Positions 16,957-26,451 of a DNA stretch of 43,525 nucleotides are shown here, in pieces. The notes beneath the pieces were generated by a model. The model saw nothing but the letters and a program-made list of their open reading frames with translations. It was not told the origin of the DNA and did not search any database. The position numbers were made by a program, and so were the translations under genes. Location: the IMG/VR virus record IMGVR_UViG_3300007972_000002, positions 1-43,525 of that record. One strand, written 5' to 3'. The DNA comes from a virus. Its lineage: Duplodnaviria; Caudoviricetes. The number at the start of each line of letters is the position of its first letter. The first letter of the stretch is position 1.

Positions 16957-18963
16957 TTACCTCGCAGGACCTGAGTATTTAGGTTGCACTACTTTGAACC
17001 CTGTTTGCGGGTCGATCACGATGTACTCCCCTGGAGGCAAGTTCTTCCACACGGCCGGATCAGTAATGGTGCGTTGTTGAATGCCAAAAAGCTCGCGAAT
17101 AGATGCAATATCTTCGAGCTTCTTGATAGCCTCTTGACGGGCTGTAACACCGGTCTTTGGTTCGTCCCTGATTGATTCCTGTCTCTTCTGAAGACCCTCA
17201 ACCACGTTGTCTAAAGCAATAATTTGGTTGATGTAGCCATTCTTGTTAGAAAACAAGCGGGGAGCTGTTTTAAGCTCTTTTAAAATCTGTTGTTGCTCGG
17301 CAACGGCAAAACGAGGGTTTTCTTGCAGCACGTTGACAACCCGGTTGGTCATGCTTTGTAGCATTGCAGTGCTCTGTTGAAACTCAGGTCCTATCTTGCC
17401 TGCTGCGTCCAACGGCACGTTGCGTGCAACGCCTGCCACCAGCACAGGCACAAAGCCCGTGCCTGTAGCCGCCAAGTCAAAGAAACTTGATTTGGGTGCA
17501 GTGCTGGCGATTTGGAAAATTTCCGGGTTTGCACCAGATGATGTCAAGCCGATAGGGCTCGTTCTTAAGGCAGCCGGAGACACGGCCCCCGAGGCGGAGG
17601 TAGTCGTGCTGGGGGCAGGTGCCTTATCGCCCAGGGCCTGTACCACAAAGTCAGGCAGTTCGTTTCGTTGAACGCGAATTGACTTGAGACCTGTGAGTGG
17701 GTCAGTAGATTCAATTTCAGTTTTTTGCGTGTAGTCCTTGACAGCCATCATGAACGTGTTGCGCGCTTCAGGGTCCAACGCACCTGCCGCATACAGCGGA
17801 GCAAATTGAATAATGGTATTCAGAATGTCGCCTTTATTGCCCGTTCCAAGAGGGCCCCTTTTAGGGCCAGCGTTCTTGGCATCAATCCGAGACTGCGCGG
17901 TGAGCACCTGGCCAAGCAGCGCTTGTTTGCGTTTTTGATACTCGGCGTTTTGAGCGGTAACCTGATCGATGTCCTTCTCGCCTTGCTGCAGCGCCAATGT
18001 CTTAATTTGTCGGTCAATCTTGGCAATTTCGTCAAGCCGCTTGCCCATAGCAGCGGGCAGTGTCCGAGTTGCCCCTGCAAGGCGCGACATAAAACTGCCG
18101 CGTAAGGGACGACCTGAGTCGTCTACGTTCCCGGCAAAGCCAAAGGCCCGTTGTCCGAGATCAAACAACATTTGTGCTTCCGACGCACCTCTGTCTGACC
18201 CCAAGAGCTTGTTGTACTCAGGCAACCGCGCCGCCATGGCACCTGACAGGGTAGGCGTTGCAACAGGTTGCTGCTTGAACAGCTCCATTGACGCCTTCTT
18301 GGCCGCTGCCACCACGTCAGGGGGAAACATCATCAGGTCTTCAGAAGGATTTTGTCCAACAGGGGTCACACCTTCTTCGTCAGACCCCACTTGAAAATTT
18401 TGGACGTATCCGCCGCGCGCCATGGCCATAGGAGGCATGTCGCCAGGAGGCATTGGTGGAGCGCCGGGCGGGCCCGGAGGAGCGCCACCGCCCATGCCAG
18501 CCATCAAGCCGGCAATGCCGCCTTGATCAGGGGGAGGAGGAGCCATGCCCGCGTCAGGAGGCATCGGGGGCATGCCAGGAGGCGGTGCACCAGGAGCGCC
18601 ACCCATCATCGGGGGCTGTGGCCCTTGGGCCATGTCTTGTGATTGGGGAAGCGCGCCGATACCGCCACCGCCTTGCTGCGCAAGGATAGGCTGCAGCATC
18701 GCCAGCACCTGCTCAGGCGTCTCAGTGGCGGCTTGGTAACCCACGAGGTCGGCCAGTTCGTCACGACGAGCGTCAATAGAGCGCATGTCGCCACGCAAGT
18801 TGTTCATCAAGATTTCAGGAGAATCAGGGCGACGCTCCATCATCATTTCCGGGTCTTCGCCCTCACCTTCGTCGTCGCCTTCATCGTCCATGGCGTCCAT
18901 GAATCCTTGCATGATCCCCATGTTTTCGATGTCGTCGTCTTCTCGCATCATCTTTTTGTTCAT
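16957..18963 (-). CDS. putative internal virion / ejection protein
   Basis: 668 aa; acidic N-terminus, Pro/Met-rich linker, MARGG motif, coiled coil; cluster position. Confidence 0.7.
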   Translation of the reverse strand: MNKKMMREDDDIENMGIMQGFMDAMDDEGDDEGEGEDPEMMMERRPDSPEILMNNLRGDMRSIDARRDELADLVGYQAATETPEQVLAMLQPILAQQGGGGIGALPQSQDMAQGPQPPMMGGAPGAPPPGMPPMPPDAGMAPPPPDQGGIAGLMAGMGGGAPPGPPGAPPMPPGDMPPMAMARGGYVQNFQVGSDEEGVTPVGQNPSEDLMMFPPDVVAAAKKASMELFKQQPVATPTLSGAMAARLPEYNKLLGSDRGASEAQMLFDLGQRAFGFAGNVDDSGRPLRGSFMSRLAGATRTLPAAMGKRLDEIAKIDRQIKTLALQQGEKDIDQVTAQNAEYQKRKQALLGQVLTAQSRIDAKNAGPKRGPLGTGNKGDILNTIIQFAPLYAAGALDPEARNTFMMAVKDYTQKTEIESTDPLTGLKSIRVQRNELPDFVVQALGDKAPAPSTTTSASGAVSPAALRTSPIGLTSSGANPEIFQIASTAPKSSFFDLAATGTGFVPVLVAGVARNVPLDAAGKIGPEFQQSTAMLQSMTNRVVNVLQENPRFAVAEQQQILKELKTAPRLFSNKNGYINQIIALDNVVEGLQKRQESIRDEPKTGVTARQEAIKKLEDIASIRELFGIQQRTITDPAVWKNLPPGEYIVIDPQTGFKVVQPKYSGPAR

Positions 18964-18972
18964 ATTGACCTC

Positions 18973-20928
18973 TTAGAAAAGACCAGCTTTTTTCGCGCCA
19001 GCAGCAGTTGAAACCGCGCCCAAACCAATGCCCACAGCGGATTGGAATGGGCTTGCTGACGGCTGACTTGCAACTTGAGTGGACATCTGCGAAGACGGTG
19101 CGCCTTTGTAAATGTCCGACAAGAAACCTGCCTGTTGATACGGTGCGTAGACCTTTTGCAACTCGTTGGCGCGCGTTGCATCCAACTCCTGTTGCTTGAA
19201 CGCCTGACCCGCCTGACCAGTGTTGTACAGGAAGTTGATGTCGCTCTGCTGCAATGCCTGAGCCGTCTGGCCCAATGCGCCTTGCTGCACGCCAAGTTGA
19301 CCCAACTGGCCGCCCAACTGACCCAGACCCTGTGCGGTGGCCTGGCCCTGAGAGAACTGTTGGCCCGCCAACTGCCCGATACCCTGGCCCAGACCCTGAT
19401 ACTGCTGTGCCTGCTGGCCGTAGATGCCCGCCGCTGTCTGAGCTGCCTGGTTGCGCGCTGCGCCCTGCTGCGTCATCAGGTTGGAGATGTTTTGGTTGAT
19501 TGAAGCCTCTTGGCCCGCCAACGCACCGCCTTGAGACGCCAAATTGCCGTACTGTTGAGCGGCCTGGCTGTAGATGTTTGCAGCACCCTGACCCAATTGG
19601 GCCTGCTGCACGCCGAGCTGTCCAAGCCCCTGGCCGGCGGCCACCTGGTTTTGAGCCAAATTGCCGTAAAGACCCGCCGCCGCTTGGCCCAACTGAGCCT
19701 GTTGCGCGGCCTGCTGGCCAACTTGCGTACCTGCTTGCACACCCAAACCTGCTTGCTGCGCTGCCAACTGCGCGGCTTGTTGCTGCAACCCACCTTGCTG
19801 CGAGGCCACCTGAGCCTGCTGCGCGCCCAACTGGCCAATGCCTTGGCCAGCCTGCAGTTGACGGCCTTGTTGTTGTTCAAAGGCCGCTTGGGACTGAGCC
19901 TGAGCCTGGCTGTAGCCTTGTGACAAAAGGTTGGCAACCGTGGAAGCCTTTTGATCCATCAAATTGCGCTGCATCTCAGCGCGCTGAACGCCTTCACGCT
20001 CCCCGCCAAACGCACCAGACTTCACCGCTTGAGCTGCCAGGCCTTGCCCGGCAATCATGCCCTGACGGTTCATCTGCTTCATCGTTTCATCGATGACTTG
20101 CTGCTTGTAGGGGTCCATGAAACCCTGAACCGAGCTTGGGTCGTAGCCCCCGGCTGCGCCTGCGATCGTCCCAATGCCCGCCTGAAGCGCGCCTTGAGCC
20201 TGGCCAAACCCTGGCTGACGTGCAGCCTGGGACGCCATGCCAACAGCTTGTTGGCCTTGGGCAAGGCCCTGACTGATTAAGTTCTGAGAGCCACCAAAGT
20301 CGGCAGCGCCCGAGCCCACTGCCATCTGCTGCGCTTGGGTCAAGCCGCCAATACCTTGAGCGATGGCTGACGTTGCGGGCTTGAGGTCCGCTTGGCTGGA
20401 CATGGCCGCCATGTTCTGGGCCGAGGACAACGCTCCGACACCACTGGCCAAGTCTGAACGCGCCGCACCAAATTGACTGGTAGTGTCGGATGCCCGCGCG
20501 CGCTGCGCAGCCTCATCCAAGAACCCAATGCCTTTGTCAATCTGGCCAATCCCAGAGGTGATGTTGGCCGTGGCCCCACCTGCTTGGCCCATGGCCTTTT
20601 GAGCGTCGGTGAACTGCGCACGGGTATCTGCTCCACGCAGGACGTCAGCGGCTTCACCGGTGGTCTTGTAAGCATCTGACAGGGCCGTGTTGGCAGCGGT
20701 CATGTAGGGCGTAAACGCCCCAATACCCTGCGTTTCAGCAGCTTTCATCGCCGCTGTTTGGGCAGGGGAGAAGCCCGCTACCTGGTAGTTGGGAAGCTGC
20801 TCTGCAAGCGTCTGGGCCCCAGGTGCCTGGTTGAAGGCCAGTTTCTGGGCTTCTTGCAGCAGCTTGAGCTTGTACGCTTCAATCTCCGGGGCTTCCCGGA
20901 CTATCTGTTGGGTGGTTTCGGTTGCCAT
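18973..20928 (-). CDS. Gln/Ala/Gly-rich putative ejection (pilot-like) protein
   Basis: 651 aa; VAGFSPAQ, FMDPYKQQVID, GAFGGER motifs; GQGxGQL repeats; hydrophobic C-terminus. Confidence 0.75.
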   Translation of the reverse strand: MATETTQQIVREAPEIEAYKLKLLQEAQKLAFNQAPGAQTLAEQLPNYQVAGFSPAQTAAMKAAETQGIGAFTPYMTAANTALSDAYKTTGEAADVLRGADTRAQFTDAQKAMGQAGGATANITSGIGQIDKGIGFLDEAAQRARASDTTSQFGAARSDLASGVGALSSAQNMAAMSSQADLKPATSAIAQGIGGLTQAQQMAVGSGAADFGGSQNLISQGLAQGQQAVGMASQAARQPGFGQAQGALQAGIGTIAGAAGGYDPSSVQGFMDPYKQQVIDETMKQMNRQGMIAGQGLAAQAVKSGAFGGEREGVQRAEMQRNLMDQKASTVANLLSQGYSQAQAQSQAAFEQQQGRQLQAGQGIGQLGAQQAQVASQQGGLQQQAAQLAAQQAGLGVQAGTQVGQQAAQQAQLGQAAAGLYGNLAQNQVAAGQGLGQLGVQQAQLGQGAANIYSQAAQQYGNLASQGGALAGQEASINQNISNLMTQQGAARNQAAQTAAGIYGQQAQQYQGLGQGIGQLAGQQFSQGQATAQGLGQLGGQLGQLGVQQGALGQTAQALQQSDINFLYNTGQAGQAFKQQELDATRANELQKVYAPYQQAGFLSDIYKGAPSSQMSTQVASQPSASPFQSAVGIGLGAVSTAAGAKKAGLF

Positions 20929-23205
20929 TTATTTCCCCTTGACGGCTCCGCCTTCGAGCTTCTTCATTAACTTGTACATGCGAGCCGCACCCTTGCGGCG
21001 ACTGCCGCCTCCGGCGTTGCGCACAGCCTTGGCCGTGAACACAAACTCGCCGTCAGACAGCATTGCCGGAATGTCATCGGAAGTCCCGGTGCCAGGGCCG
21101 TTGATTGGGCCGTTCTTGCGCGGGAACTGCGTCATCTTGGCGTCTCCGCCTTTGGCCATGCGACGAAGCTGGCCATCGGGGCCGTAGATCAAAGGCACGC
21201 CATAGAGGCCCGACACGTTGTATGGCTGCGCCACGCCGCCAGGGCTTCGGGTCACGCCACCAGGTGTCACCATGCCCGGCTGCCCAACAGGGATTGTGCT
21301 GTAGGAGGGCGTTGGAACGACCGGGCTGTCAGGCGTTGTTGGCCTGTTGTAAGTGCTGAGACCACCTCTAAACATGTCAGGGTTATCCCGCATGTAGTCC
21401 ATGCCAGTGTAGTTGCGGTCAAACGCTGGGTTCTTTTCAGCAGGTTCTTCTTTCGTGCCGCCTGTTGCGGCAATTGCGGCAGTGCCGGCCAAGGCCAAAG
21501 GACCGTACTTTGTCAGGAAACCTGCATCAGCGCCAACACCGGGACGGCTGGGCGACAGATATTCGTCGTACAGGCCCTTGGCCCCTGAGACCATCTTGTC
21601 GACAAAGCTGGCAGGCTGGGGAATGGAAGGTTTAGCAGCGGTAAGACTGTAGTTGGTGTCCGAGGCTGTTCCACCAATTCCCCTCGCAAGGTCCGCACTG
21701 GTGACGGCGGCGCTTCCACGAAGCCCAGCACCAGTGGCTCCATCCATGCCGCGAACGCCCGTCATTGGAGTCCCCTGCATGGCATACAAATCCGGTCCAC
21801 TTGCACCCGCCGGCGTAGCTCCAAGGCGAATTCCAGAACCAGAAGCGTCGGCCATTCCTGGCACAGAGCCCATCCCTGGCGCAGGGCCAGGAGCGGGAGC
21901 GTCGTACAGGCTGTAGTTTGGGTCAAAACGGGTAGATGACCCCATTGGAGGCATCTTCAAGCCAGGACCGCCGGACTGTGGGCCGCCACGGGCTAGAAGG
22001 TCTTGCGCAGTCCCGGTAGGCCCGGTGGGTCCTGTGGGCCCGGGGTCGCTAATGGGGCCAGGAGCGTCAACGGCTCCCGTGCCACTGTCTCCGGTAAATG
22101 AAGTGTCTCGCATTTGAGCATCGGTTGCGCCACCTTTGGAACTTAATCCCTGCAACGCTGCGGAGGTTGCACCCGACATCAGGCCCATCTGCAACGCGTC
22201 TTGCGTGCTCATGCCGCCCAACTTGCCGATACCGGCCCCAATCACACCTGTGGCCAGGCCCGTGTTCAACGCTCCGCCAACTGCGCCCGGTAGGTACTGA
22301 CCAAGGGCACTGACAGGGCTTGCGCCCATGATCGTGCCACCGCCGCCGATGTAGCCCATTGCGCCACCAATCAGTGCGTCCTTTATGGAACCGCCGCCCA
22401 GGAGAGACACCCCTGCTCCGGCCATTCCGGCTGCCGTTGCAGTGCTCATCGTCAGGCCAATGCCTGCTGGCCCGAGGACCGTGGCCAACGCAACGGTAGC
22501 CATGATCCGCCCAACGGGACTTTTTATCACGTCCTTGGCAATGTTTACAACGCCTTGGACTGCGCCACCAATGGCGTCAAGCGCACCACCAATCACGCCA
22601 CCTTTGAACTCGGGTAAACCCGTAGCAGGGTTGATCGTGCCTGAGCCACCACGGCGCTTGAGCATTGCCGCTTCTTCAGGCGTGATGTGTGCCAAGATGC
22701 TGTCGCCGCCGCGACCCTTGGCGGCCAGGTACTGGCCAACATCCGCCAGGCCACCAGAGGCCATGCCCACGGGCTGCAGGCCTTCAACGACAGGTGACAT
22801 GTCCATGGGCTCTTGAGCGCCAGCACCTTGCATTTGCTGCATTTCATGCAACACGGCAAGCATCGCACCGATGAATTCTGGGTCGTATTCTTCCGGCATG
22901 TCCCCCTTTTCAAGGGCACCTGCCTCAATCATTTTTTGGAGCAGGTTTTTGTAGTCGCCAGGGTTTTGACTGACGTATTCAAAGACCTGAATGAGTATGC
23001 TGGTCTGTTGAGGAGTCAACTGGACATCGCCAATATTTTGGCGAATTGCTTCCTTCAGGGCGGCTTGCCCCTCAGGGTTGACCATGCCAAGCGCCGTTTG
23101 GGCGGCGTCATACGAGTCTGCGCTCGTGACGCTTTGCTGTTGTTGGGCTTGTTCGCCCTGCATGCCCATGCCCTGAGGCAAGGCCATGATTCCTTCAGTT
23201 GCCAT
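20929..23205 (-). CDS. putative internal virion / ejection protein
   Basis: 758 aa; MASGG, GRGGDSILAHITPEEA...TINPATGLPEF, Gly-rich hydrophobic helices, C-terminal GPGTGTSDDIPAMLSDGEFV. Confidence 0.75.
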   Translation of the reverse strand: MATEGIMALPQGMGMQGEQAQQQQSVTSADSYDAAQTALGMVNPEGQAALKEAIRQNIGDVQLTPQQTSILIQVFEYVSQNPGDYKNLLQKMIEAGALEKGDMPEEYDPEFIGAMLAVLHEMQQMQGAGAQEPMDMSPVVEGLQPVGMASGGLADVGQYLAAKGRGGDSILAHITPEEAAMLKRRGGSGTINPATGLPEFKGGVIGGALDAIGGAVQGVVNIAKDVIKSPVGRIMATVALATVLGPAGIGLTMSTATAAGMAGAGVSLLGGGSIKDALIGGAMGYIGGGGTIMGASPVSALGQYLPGAVGGALNTGLATGVIGAGIGKLGGMSTQDALQMGLMSGATSAALQGLSSKGGATDAQMRDTSFTGDSGTGAVDAPGPISDPGPTGPTGPTGTAQDLLARGGPQSGGPGLKMPPMGSSTRFDPNYSLYDAPAPGPAPGMGSVPGMADASGSGIRLGATPAGASGPDLYAMQGTPMTGVRGMDGATGAGLRGSAAVTSADLARGIGGTASDTNYSLTAAKPSIPQPASFVDKMVSGAKGLYDEYLSPSRPGVGADAGFLTKYGPLALAGTAAIAATGGTKEEPAEKNPAFDRNYTGMDYMRDNPDMFRGGLSTYNRPTTPDSPVVPTPSYSTIPVGQPGMVTPGGVTRSPGGVAQPYNVSGLYGVPLIYGPDGQLRRMAKGGDAKMTQFPRKNGPINGPGTGTSDDIPAMLSDGEFVFTAKAVRNAGGGSRRKGAARMYKLMKKLEGGAVKGK

Positions 23206-23209
23206 GATA

Positions 23210-23273
23210 GTCCTTTCCAGTTTTTGCCAAGGGCCTCATGGGCCGCGCGCCGGGAAAGGACGCGTTAATGGCA
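23210..23273 (-). promoter_or_regulatory. structured 5' leader sequestering the RBS of the ejection operon
   Basis: GUCCUUUCC (23261-23253) is perfectly complementary to GGAAAGGAC (23218-23210), which contains the SD. Confidence 0.5.
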
Positions 23274-23291
23274 TTATTATCCGTTAGATTC

Positions 23292-23630
23292 TTAGCTTCT
23301 GTCCACTAAAAGCGCACTCACAGTCACGTAGACATAGTCTTGCGAAGAAGTAACAAACAGCTCATCGTATTCCTCAAACACCAAAGGACCCGCGTTCCAG
23401 CCGGCCAAGAGGTCCACATACTTGTTTGGGGCTACCGATTCCAGGGGCACGAGGTAGTGCGTTCCAGCCCCGTCAGGAGCAAAGGTGACCGTTATGTTGG
23501 TGCTACTTACACCTATATTTGCTACCCAAATAGACTTGACAATTGCGGTTGTGGCAGCAGGAACCGTTAACACAATTAACGGTATGGTTGCGGACGGCGT
23601 TTTTTGAAAGCGTTTGTATGCGTTTCCCAT
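23292..23630 (-). CDS. small beta-rich virion protein
   Basis: 112 aa; TVPAATTAIVKSI motif; downstream of the tail genes. Confidence 0.75.
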   Translation of the reverse strand: MGNAYKRFQKTPSATIPLIVLTVPAATTAIVKSIWVANIGVSSTNITVTFAPDGAGTHYLVPLESVAPNKYVDLLAGWNAGPLVFEEYDELFVTSSQDYVYVTVSALLVDRS

Positions 23631-23806
23631 TATTTTCCAAAGAACCAGGTTTGCGCCTGGTCCTTGTCCTCCGTGACGATAGGTGTGTACGTGTTGTTGA
23701 GTTGCAAAATAATCTGCTCAAGCGAACGCACAAGCTGGTTGAACTGCTGTGGATCGTAGCCCGAGGGCGACGCGTTGGGCAGGCGGACGTTGGTAATCTT
23801 GCTCAT
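23630..23806 (-). CDS. small tail-associated protein (58 aa)
   Basis: Read by hand: MSKITNVRLPNASPSGYDPQQFNQLVRSLEQIILQLN...WFFGK; ATGA and TAATG overlaps. Confidence 0.75.
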   Translation of the reverse strand: MSKITNVRLPNASPSGYDPQQFNQLVRSLEQIILQLNNTYTPIVTEDKDQAQTWFFGK

Positions 23807-25653
23807 CTCAATCCATCAGGCGTGATATCGACACGCATCGTGCCGAAACGCCAGAAGCTGCCCAGCTCGTCGCTCTCAATGCGCAATTGAACTTGACGTC
23901 CTCGTGCGCGCGTGCTGACAAACTGCGTGTCCGGTGTGATCACATAGGGGTCCAAAGAACTTGCTACTGCAGCAGCCTGTGGGTAAGGGCGCAGGCGAAG
24001 GCCTACAGTGATGTTGCCTTCCTGGCGCTTAAAGTCAGGAATAAACCTTTGCATCAGCAGCATTTGGTCGCCGTCACCAATGTCAAAGTACCCCGAGTAC
24101 ACGTATGCGTCAATGGCCACACCGTTGTTGTCCACCCCGTCCTCTTGGTTGTACAGATGGCTGCGGCCGGCTGTAAGGCCGTAGATTGTGGAAATAGTAG
24201 CCGCGTTGTCTGAAGGATCGTACTCGGTAGCCAGAGGTTTTTCAAACGTGCCAATGTCTGCCCACGCCGTGCGGGACAAGGTGCCCACTGACCAGACGTT
24301 TTCCATGTAGTTGTAGGTTACAAAGCCGTCGATGTAGTCACTGCTCAATGTCGGGTAGAACCACGTCACCTCGTTGAACTGGGTGTTGATGCCTACGTTA
24401 ACAGCACTCGCCTGTGCAATGTTAATGTCTCCAAAAACGTAGTCCTGCACGGTGCAAGGAATCTTCTTGACCGAGCCGTCAAACACAAAGAACGCGTCCT
24501 TGCTCATCCAATAAGCCACACCATTAACGTCAGCGCCCGCATGCGGTCCGATGATGCCGCAGTTGGCACCCAACTGCTGAAAACCAAAGGTGTAAGGCGG
24601 ACCAAGGAATTGTTGGCCATGAATGGACGTGTCTGTCCAAATCAGAATCTGACCCCGTGAGCGCAACGCCGAGATAATCTCGTTGCCGTCCGTGAGCCGT
24701 TGTCCGCCAGCCGTGTTGGTCGCAGTGGCCACAAAGTCGTTGATGTCCTCTTGCGAAGAGAAGCGCACAAACATCGGGTCCTGGGTCCCTGGGCTACTCA
24801 ACGTAGACTCCGTGCCAAAGCACACCAGGTGCCGGTCAGGAGTTGAGACCAGCGCAAATTTGCTCTTGGTTGGCGCGCCTGAAATGGCCGTGGCCCGCGT
24901 TCCGAGGCCCGAGGTGGGATTCCACTCGTAGATGCCGCCGTCAACCGCTTGCAAGATAAGGAGCTGGCCAAAGTTGTCAAACTGCCAGACCCTGGCGAGC
25001 AAGGCCAACGCAGCAGAGGCAGGACGGGGCGTGCCCCAGGTGCTCAGGCCCCACGTGCCGGTGCCCCAGCCAAAGTCTACATAGCTGACATCACTTCCGA
25101 CGTTGATCTGGTAGGTCGCGGTTGCCGCCCCGGCCGCCGCTGCCGTTGAGGTCGCTTGGGTCGGGGAGAGGATTGTGTAAGTGCCATTAGTAAGTATGGC
25201 TTGAATCTCAAATTCATTTGTAAGACTGGCATTGGTAATCCCTCCTGGATTGCCTGAGACGGCGCTGAAGGTGACAAAGTCCCCTTGAATCGCCCCGTGG
25301 GCCGTGTCATTGACAACCACTGTCGTGCTGCCGTTGGTGGTGGTGAATGTGCATGCACCAGTGTCCCGAATAGGGGTGATGTCGGCCCACGTACCGCCGT
25401 AGAACACATAGACCTTGCGGTTCGTTCCAAGGGCCGCGTAAGGTGAGCCTGCCAAATCGTTCCACGTGAAGATGTCACTGACAGAGCCAACAAAGTTCAC
25501 CTGCGTGTTGCCAAACTGCGTCCAGCCGCCTAGCTTCTCGGGCAGACCATAACGAAACCGCACGTAATCGCTGTCCACCCAGCCGCCCTCAGCACCGTAC
25601 TCGGTGTTCTGCTTGTCAACGCCAGGTTTTAAGAACAGTCTAAGAAGTGCCAT
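23803..25653 (-). CDS. tail stabilisation / nozzle protein (P22 gp10 or tubular protein B-like)
   Basis: 616 aa; beta-propeller-like composition; KPGVDK...WVDSDYVRFR start and RARGRQ...WRFG...DG.R end; located between fibre/lysis and ejection genes. Confidence 0.75.
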   Translation of the reverse strand: MALLRLFLKPGVDKQNTEYGAEGGWVDSDYVRFRYGLPEKLGGWTQFGNTQVNFVGSVSDIFTWNDLAGSPYAALGTNRKVYVFYGGTWADITPIRDTGACTFTTTNGSTTVVVNDTAHGAIQGDFVTFSAVSGNPGGITNASLTNEFEIQAILTNGTYTILSPTQATSTAAAAGAATATYQINVGSDVSYVDFGWGTGTWGLSTWGTPRPASAALALLARVWQFDNFGQLLILQAVDGGIYEWNPTSGLGTRATAISGAPTKSKFALVSTPDRHLVCFGTESTLSSPGTQDPMFVRFSSQEDINDFVATATNTAGGQRLTDGNEIISALRSRGQILIWTDTSIHGQQFLGPPYTFGFQQLGANCGIIGPHAGADVNGVAYWMSKDAFFVFDGSVKKIPCTVQDYVFGDINIAQASAVNVGINTQFNEVTWFYPTLSSDYIDGFVTYNYMENVWSVGTLSRTAWADIGTFEKPLATEYDPSDNAATISTIYGLTAGRSHLYNQEDGVDNNGVAIDAYVYSGYFDIGDGDQMLLMQRFIPDFKRQEGNITVGLRLRPYPQAAAVASSLDPYVITPDTQFVSTRARGRQVQLRIESDELGSFWRFGTMRVDITPDGLR

Positions 25654-25886
25654 TACCTAAATCCCGCTGTTTTCTTTGCAATTGTTTTGGGTTGCGCTAC
25701 AAACTGTTTTCCAGCTTTTTTGCCAGCGCGTTTTGCACGCGTTGTGGCAGCGTACTCAGCAGGGCTTAGACTTTTGATCGCAGCTTCTGGAAGGTACCGC
25801 TCCCCTGTTTTACTAGAGGGTTTTCCACTCTTGGTTCTCCACTTCTGGTCGCCCCAATCTTTAAGACTTTTCTGAGGGGCTTTCAA
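25653..25886 (-). CDS. DUF5872-like basic protein, C-terminal half
   Basis: QKSLKDWGDQKWRT...ERYLPEAAIKSLS; TTG start overlapping the upstream TGA. Confidence 0.7.
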   Translation of the reverse strand: MKAPQKSLKDWGDQKWRTKSGKPSSKTGERYLPEAAIKSLSPAEYAATTRAKRAGKKAGKQFVAQPKTIAKKTAGFR

Positions 25887-26089
25887 TCTCTGTACCCCCC
25901 GCCTGCGGCTTTGTACTTCTTGGCGACCAACTGTGCTTTTCTCGCGGACCACTGCCCCGCGCCTGTGCCTTGCGTGGCAGCGGCCTTGACCTGGCTCACG
26001 ATCCGCTTGCGCAGCTCGGGCTTGGTGTAGTTGCCGGCGGCATTGACGGTGCCGCCCTTTTTGAGAGCAGCAACTTTGGGCTTTTTCAT
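25883..26089 (-). CDS. DUF5872-like basic protein, N-terminal half
   Basis: NYTKPELRKRI...GQWSARKAQL...YKAAGGGY; ATG at 26089 overlaps the endolysin stop. Confidence 0.75.
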   Translation of the reverse strand: MKKPKVAALKKGGTVNAAGNYTKPELRKRIVSQVKAAATQGTGAGQWSARKAQLVAKKYKAAGGGYRD

Positions 26090-26451
26090 GTGACGCGTCT
26101 CCATTCAGGTTTGCCGTCGCCTCGGCTGAAGTGTGGCGTGTCCACGAGCTTAACGCCATTTCCGCCCCAGGAGTTGAGCGGATGCAAAGATTCCCAATAG
26201 GCACCCAGCGGAGCGAGCACCTTCTTGTCGTAGACCAACTTGCCGTCTTGGAAGAAGTTGAAGTCAATCGCCAAACGCTTTAAATGCAACGAGTTCATCG
26301 TCTGGCTGCGACCGGTTTTGACATAGAGTTCCTGCTGCTCAGGGGTGCGGTAAAGCTCGCCAGGAGTCACCATGAAGCCCTGGGATGATGCGTATTCCAC
26401 GAGCTTGCACATGTCCCGCAGGAAGGCTGCTTGTTCTTGGCTCAGGCTCAT
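26086..26451 (-). CDS. endolysin, peptidase M15 family
   Basis: YRTPEQQ, SLH...AID and WGG...DTPHF zinc-peptidase motifs; adjacent to the holin. Confidence 0.9.
   Translation of the reverse strand: MSLSQEQAAFLRDMCKLVEYASSQGFMVTPGELYRTPEQQELYVKTGRSQTMNSLHLKRLAIDFNFFQDGKLVYDKKVLAPLGAYWESLHPLNSWGGNGVKLVDTPHFSRGDGKPEWRRVT

Noticed and set aside
22013-22060. Collagen-like GPT repeats in the 758-aa protein
   Set aside because: Only about three Gly-X-Y triplets, too short for a collagen domain.
25887-26267. 204-aa version of ORF 25653..26267
   Set aside because: The extension overlaps the endolysin and the DUF5872-like N-half in another frame; only the last 77 codons look protein-like.
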